From NCBI GenBank assembly GCA_963751455.1, contig CAVVUN010000015.1, forward strand, positions 1,568,001 through 1,632,000: a DNA stretch of 64,000 nt, written 5' to 3'. The position numbers and the translations under genes were made by a program. Every line of letters begins with the position of its first letter. Position 1 is the stretch's first letter. This DNA is from Nitrospirota bacterium (GTDB lineage: Bacteria > Nitrospirota > UBA9217). Under the pieces are notes generated by a model. That model saw only the letters and a program-made list of their open reading frames with translations, did not search any database and was not told where the DNA came from. Positions 59,649 through 64,000 of this stretch are shown here, piece after piece.

Positions 59649-60884
59649 ATGGCGCGTGAAATCAAAGCAAACTCCGGCGGCTGGTCGAAAGGACTCAGCC
59701 GCAATGTGGTTCTTCTCGGTTTTGTCAGCCTTTTAAACGACGGCGCCTCGGAAATGATATACCCGCTCCTGCCCGTTTTTCTGACGGCTGTTCTCGGGGC
59801 CGGCCCGGCGGCCCTGGGCATCATTGAAGGGATTGCCGAGGCAACCGCATCACTGCTCAAGCTCTACTCCGGGTACCTTTCCGACCGTGTGAAGAAGCGA
59901 AAGGGCTGGATCGTCGCGGGCTATTCCCTTTCGAATGTTATCCGTCCGCTTATCGCCTTTGCCTCGTCATGGCTGCACGTTCTTGTTCTCCGTTTTTCTG
60001 ACCGCATCGGGAAAGGTCTGCGAACATCACCCCGGGACGCAATTATCGCCGAGTCGACCCCGGCCGAGTACCGCGGCAAGGCGTACGGGTTTCATCGGGC
60101 CATGGACCACAGCGGCGCTATCATCGGCCCTCTCATCGCAACCGCGCTGCTGGTTGTCTACGAAGAGAACCTCAAGGCCGTTTTCCTGCTGTCCTTCATC
60201 CCGGGACTGCTTGCAGTCTCCCTGCTCTTGCTCGGCCTCAAAGAAACGCCTTTGGAGGTGACACACTCACGGAAGACTGTGTTCAATTTCAGATCGGCAT
60301 TTCAAGAGATGCCACGCGGATTCCGGTCTTATCTCCTTATTATTCTCATATTTACGCTCGGAAACTCGACGGATGCGTTTCTTCTTTTGCGCGCCCAGCA
60401 GTTGGGCGTCCCTGTGAGTCTGCTTCCGACGATCTGGGTTGTGCTTCATGTCGTAAAGATGGCATTCTCGGTGCCCGGAGGGGCCTCCTCAGACCGTATC
60501 GGCAGAAAGAAAGTCATCATTGCGGGCTGGATCATCTATGCGCTCGTATATGGAGGCTTTGCGGTTGCGAACCACCAGTGGCATGCCTGGGCGCTTTTCG
60601 CGGTCTACGGCGTCTTTTTCGGTTTGACTGAAGGCGTAGAAAAGGCGCTTGTGGCGGACTTCGCACCGGCGCACCTGCGGGGGTCGGCGTTCGGCCTTTA
60701 TCATCTTATTGTCGGGGTGGGAGCGTTTCCGGCTTCGCTTATTTTCGGGCTTGTTTGGCAGAAATTCGGTTTCGCGGCCGCGTTTGGAATGGGGGCGTCA
60801 CTGGCACTGGCAGCGATCATAATGCTGTCCATGCTGAATGTCGGGAAACCGGGTGATAACCAAACAGAAGCCATCCCCACCTAA
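59649..60884 (+). CDS. MFS transporter
   Basis: SGYLSDRVKKRK motif A, DRIGKGLRTSPRDA, about 12 hydrophobic segments. Confidence 0.9.
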   Translation: MAREIKANSGGWSKGLSRNVVLLGFVSLLNDGASEMIYPLLPVFLTAVLGAGPAALGIIEGIAEATASLLKLYSGYLSDRVKKRKGWIVAGYSLSNVIRPLIAFASSWLHVLVLRFSDRIGKGLRTSPRDAIIAESTPAEYRGKAYGFHRAMDHSGAIIGPLIATALLVVYEENLKAVFLLSFIPGLLAVSLLLLGLKETPLEVTHSRKTVFNFRSAFQEMPRGFRSYLLIILIFTLGNSTDAFLLLRAQQLGVPVSLLPTIWVVLHVVKMAFSVPGGASSDRIGRKKVIIAGWIIYALVYGGFAVANHQWHAWALFAVYGVFFGLTEGVEKALVADFAPAHLRGSAFGLYHLIVGVGAFPASLIFGLVWQKFGFAAAFGMGASLALAAIIMLSMLNVGKPGDNQTEAIPT

Positions 60885-60977
60885 GCTCTCTGAGGGGAAA
60901 TACTGTGAGGGGATGGGTCAAAAACTGATTCTTGGATTTGGAGTTTAGTGTAATTTCGGATTGAGAGAGGATTGTTC

Positions 60978-61577
60978 ATGTCAACCTATACCGTAGCGAT
61001 CACGGGCGCGAGCGGGGCACCATATGCGCTCAAACTTCTTCAGGTTCTGATCAAGGGCGGGCACTCCGCATTTTGTTCAATATCCAGGGAGGGGCTTTCA
61101 ATCCTGAAGGACGAGACGAGCCTGATGCTGAAGGGGTCAGAGACCGATATCCAGTACACTCTCGAAAAGCATCTGGAAGCGAAGCAGGGACAAATCACCT
61201 ATTTCGATGAAGACAACATGTATGCCGCGATAGCAAGCGGTTCGGTCAAGGTCGATGCCATGATCGTCATACCGTGTTCCATGAAGACCCTGTCGGCAAT
61301 GGCGCACGGCTATGCCTCGACGCTTATTGAGCGGGCCGCGGATGTTACCTTGAAGGAAAAGAGGAAGCTGATCATCGTTCCGCGGGAAACGCCGCTCTCC
61401 GCCGTTCACCTTCGTAATATGCTCACGCTTGCTGAATTGGGGTGCTACGTTATTCCTGCGATGCCCGCCTTTTATCAGCATCCGAAAAAGGTTTCAGATA
61501 TGGTCGACTTCATCGTGGGAAGGGTGTTGGACAGTCTCGAAATCGAGAACGATCTTTCTCCGAGATGGGGAATGTAG
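60978..61577 (+). CDS. ubiX: Flavin prenyltransferase UbiX
   Basis: AITGASG, IASGS, PCSMKTL, RAADVTLKEKR, PRETP, PAMPAFY. Confidence 0.95.
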   Translation: MSTYTVAITGASGAPYALKLLQVLIKGGHSAFCSISREGLSILKDETSLMLKGSETDIQYTLEKHLEAKQGQITYFDEDNMYAAIASGSVKVDAMIVIPCSMKTLSAMAHGYASTLIERAADVTLKEKRKLIIVPRETPLSAVHLRNMLTLAELGCYVIPAMPAFYQHPKKVSDMVDFIVGRVLDSLEIENDLSPRWGM

Positions 61578-61630
61578 AATTGCGATTGCGGATTTCACAT
61601 CCGAAATCCGAAATTCGCAATCCGAAATTG
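61578..61630. repeat. 7-bp-unit palindromic element (ATTGCGG/TCCGAAA type)
   Basis: AATTGCGATTGCGGATTT-CAC-ATCCGAAATCCGAAATTCGCAATCCGAAATT between convergent stop codons. Confidence 0.7.
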
Positions 61631-61633
61631 AGA

Positions 61634-62029
61634 TCATGCCGCCTTCGGTTCATGGAGGGCCGCTTTTACGACCCGCTCGAATTCCGTTTTACCCACCGGT
61701 TTGTTCACGTACTCAAAAACGCCGAGGCTCAACGACTGGAAGTAGTTTTCGATGCTTCCGAACGCCGTGATCATGATCACGGGTACGGCAGGCAGGATTC
61801 GTCTCAATTTCATGACAAGCTCAAGTCCGCTCATGTCCGGCATCCGGTAGTCGGTTATGATCAGGTCGATGCCCGGTGCATTCTGTATCGCGGACAGCGC
61901 CGATGTTCCGTCCGGCATGGCGATGACGCTGTATCCGAGATCGCCCAGGATCTCACTGAAGATCCGCCGATTTTCCGGCTCATCTTCGACGACCAGTATT
62001 ATCCTCTTTTCCTTGTTGCTCTTACTCAT
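61634..62029 (-). CDS. Single-domain response regulator
   Basis: ILVVEDE, ITDYRMPDMSG, YVNKP. Confidence 0.9.
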   Translation of the reverse strand: MSKSNKEKRIILVVEDEPENRRIFSEILGDLGYSVIAMPDGTSALSAIQNAPGIDLIITDYRMPDMSGLELVMKLRRILPAVPVIMITAFGSIENYFQSLSLGVFEYVNKPVGKTEFERVVKAALHEPKAA

Positions 62030-62067
62030 TACTACTCCTTTTTCGGGAAAAGCAATGCGCCCTCCCG

Positions 62068-64000
62068 TTAAATCTTATGAGTGCGTATTTCGGCGGTACC
62101 GCCCGTACCGCCTTTTTTCCCCGCGGGCAGCATGATGTCCACGGTCGTTCCGGAGTCTTGCCGGCTCGATATTTCCACAGAACCGTTCATGGCTATAATC
62201 ATTTTTTTTACGATCACCAGCCCCAATCCCGTGCCCTTGACCTTCGTCGTGTAGAATGGTTTGAAAAGATTCAGCTGCTGCTGCTCTGTCATTCCGCATC
62301 CGTTGTCCTCGACCCGTATGCGGCACGCCGAATGCTTATCAGCTGCCGTCACCCGTATTCTCGGATTGCTGCGGCCCCGGAGTGCATCCGTGGAGTTGGT
62401 CAGCAGATTGATGAGTACCTGCTGGAGAGCGCGGGGATCGGCATAACAGAAGCTGCTCGATTCGTCGGCTGCCTCGATCTCTATTCCTTTCGCCCGGAAG
62501 TCTTCCTTGACGAGCGTCATCAGCTTGTCGAACAAGTCCTTGAGCTGTATGTTCTGCAGTTCAGGCTTTTCATACAGATTGAAGCTCCTCAAGGCGCGCA
62601 GCAGATAATTCACCCTTGCAATTTCACTCAATGCCCGGTCTATGTAGTCCTGGATGGCGTCTTTTTCGAGTTTCCCGATCTTTTCCCTGAGCACGCTTAA
62701 GATCATATTGGTTGAATTGACGGGGTTGGCTATTTCATGCCTGACTCCGGAAAAAATGAACCCGATGTTGTTCATGTTGTCCATTGCATGGGCAAGCGAC
62801 TCAAGGCGCAGCTTCTCGGACACGTCGCGTTTAATCGAAACATAGTTGATGGTCCGGCCGGCCCTGTTACTGATGGGGGAATATGTGCACTCCTCATCGT
62901 ACAAGGTCCCGTCTTTCTTTTTGTGGAGGAGCCGCCCGGTCCAGACTCCGTCGCGTTTCAGAGTTGCACGCAGGTCGCGATAAAACCGGTCATCCTGTTT
63001 TCCGCTGTCAAGAATGTGCAGGTTGCTTCCGACCGCCTCTAATTCGGAGTAGCCTGTCATCTTCTCGAATGCCGGATTCACGTACGAAATGACGCCGCGA
63101 ACGTCCGTTATGACTATAGAGTCGGCTGCTGAGTCTATCGCGGCCGCCAAAGTAATGCTGTTTTCCTCTGCCCGCTTGCGATCCGTAACATTTACGGCGC
63201 TCAATACGAGTCCGCTCACGGAACCGTCGACGTCCTTTACCGGCTGAAGACTCCAATTCCAGTAGGTGGGAGCGCCGTTAAAACCCGGGCTTTCGAAGGA
63301 CTTTTCATATTCGATATAGGGCTCGCCGGTTTCTACCACTCGTTTGAAAATTGCTTCATTTTCAGAATTAGGAAATATACTGAAGTAATTCCTTCCCACA
63401 AAATTGTCCGGCGTGCCGCCCGCAGCAACGGCGTACGCCCTGTTTACGCTGATGAAGTTGAAATTTCTGTCGACGTATGCGATATGAACGTCAATACTCT
63501 CGAAGATCCTTTTCAGGAATTCGTAGGCTTTGGTCAGTTGATCTGTCCGCTCGCGCACCTTTCGTTCCAGGTCCTCGTGCGATTCCTGGAGCGCCTGTGT
63601 CAGCCTCTGCTCTGTTATGTCCAGCATCGCGCCCACGATCCTCCTGGCCTTTCCAGACGGATCGCGCGCTATCAAAGCGCGGTCATGCACATGCGACCAT
63701 GCGCCGTCGGCCCTCAAAAAACGATATTCGGCTATCCAGGACGATGCCCCTGTTCTGATTGCTTCCTGAGCCGTCGAAACAACCCGCTCGCGGTCATCAG
63801 GATGGACACGCTGGATCCACCATTCCGGCGACGAACTCTCTTCCGGAAAACGGCCGAACCCGGTTGTATATGTATTGTTCCAGGAAACAACGTCGTTGAC
63901 CAGGTCCCAGTCCCAAATCGCCTCATTGGCGGCGTTGGTCGCAAGCCGAAGCCGCTCCTCGCTCACACTCAGCGCGTGGTCGGTTCCTTCCTGTTTCTCG
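62068..64000 (-). CDS. Multi-PAS sensor histidine kinase, 5'-partial
   Basis: Frame is open to the window edge; three PAS domains, VRHEIANP, DNGCG, FKPFYTTK, GTGLGL. Confidence 0.9.
   Translation of the reverse strand, partial: EKQEGTDHALSVSEERLRLATNAANEAIWDWDLVNDVVSWNNTYTTGFGRFPEESSSPEWWIQRVHPDDRERVVSTAQEAIRTGASSWIAEYRFLRADGAWSHVHDRALIARDPSGKARRIVGAMLDITEQRLTQALQESHEDLERKVRERTDQLTKAYEFLKRIFESIDVHIAYVDRNFNFISVNRAYAVAAGGTPDNFVGRNYFSIFPNSENEAIFKRVVETGEPYIEYEKSFESPGFNGAPTYWNWSLQPVKDVDGSVSGLVLSAVNVTDRKRAEENSITLAAAIDSAADSIVITDVRGVISYVNPAFEKMTGYSELEAVGSNLHILDSGKQDDRFYRDLRATLKRDGVWTGRLLHKKKDGTLYDEECTYSPISNRAGRTINYVSIKRDVSEKLRLESLAHAMDNMNNIGFIFSGVRHEIANPVNSTNMILSVLREKIGKLEKDAIQDYIDRALSEIARVNYLLRALRSFNLYEKPELQNIQLKDLFDKLMTLVKEDFRAKGIEIEAADESSSFCYADPRALQQVLINLLTNSTDALRGRSNPRIRVTAADKHSACRIRVEDNGCGMTEQQQLNLFKPFYTTKVKGTGLGLVIVKKMIIAMNGSVEISSRQDSGTTVDIMLPAGKKGGTGGTAEIRTHKI

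Overview
About 54% GC (visual estimate) bacterial chromosomal window. Gene content suggests an anaerobic or microaerophilic Gram-negative organism, possibly Nitrospirota or Desulfobacterota (inference only). Many long genes are broken by single-base indels, most likely uncorrected long-read errors, so split ORFs are reported as single genes. Left part (1-29.6 kb): housekeeping and accessory genes (site-2 protease, TauE, RpoD-like sigma factor, APS-kinase/phosphotransferase pair, tRNA sulfurtransferase-like gene, nfi, sixA), a 6-copy ~58-bp hairpin tandem array, two paralogous multi-PAS kinases with an AioX/PhnD-like binding protein and a NarL-type regulator, a pair of uncharacterised paralogous exported Gly/Ala-rich proteins, and lipid genes (acyl-CoA ligase-ACP-PlsC fusion, patatin, ubiA/mqnP). 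Right part (29.7-64 kb): an NtrC regulator with a di-haem-c sensor kinase, then an IHF/sigma54 promoter in front of a chemosensory cluster (two-CW protein, cheW, 3 long MCPs, Cys-bearing PstS-like binding proteins, cheR, cheA, cheB, cheY-like genes, cheX, HD-GYP, kinase, REC-GGDEF-EAL). After that come a truncated kinase duplicate, two tandem 12-haem cytochromes, norCB, an MFS transporter, ubiX and a further kinase/regulator pair. No rRNA, tRNA, CRISPR array, transposase or integrase was recognised.
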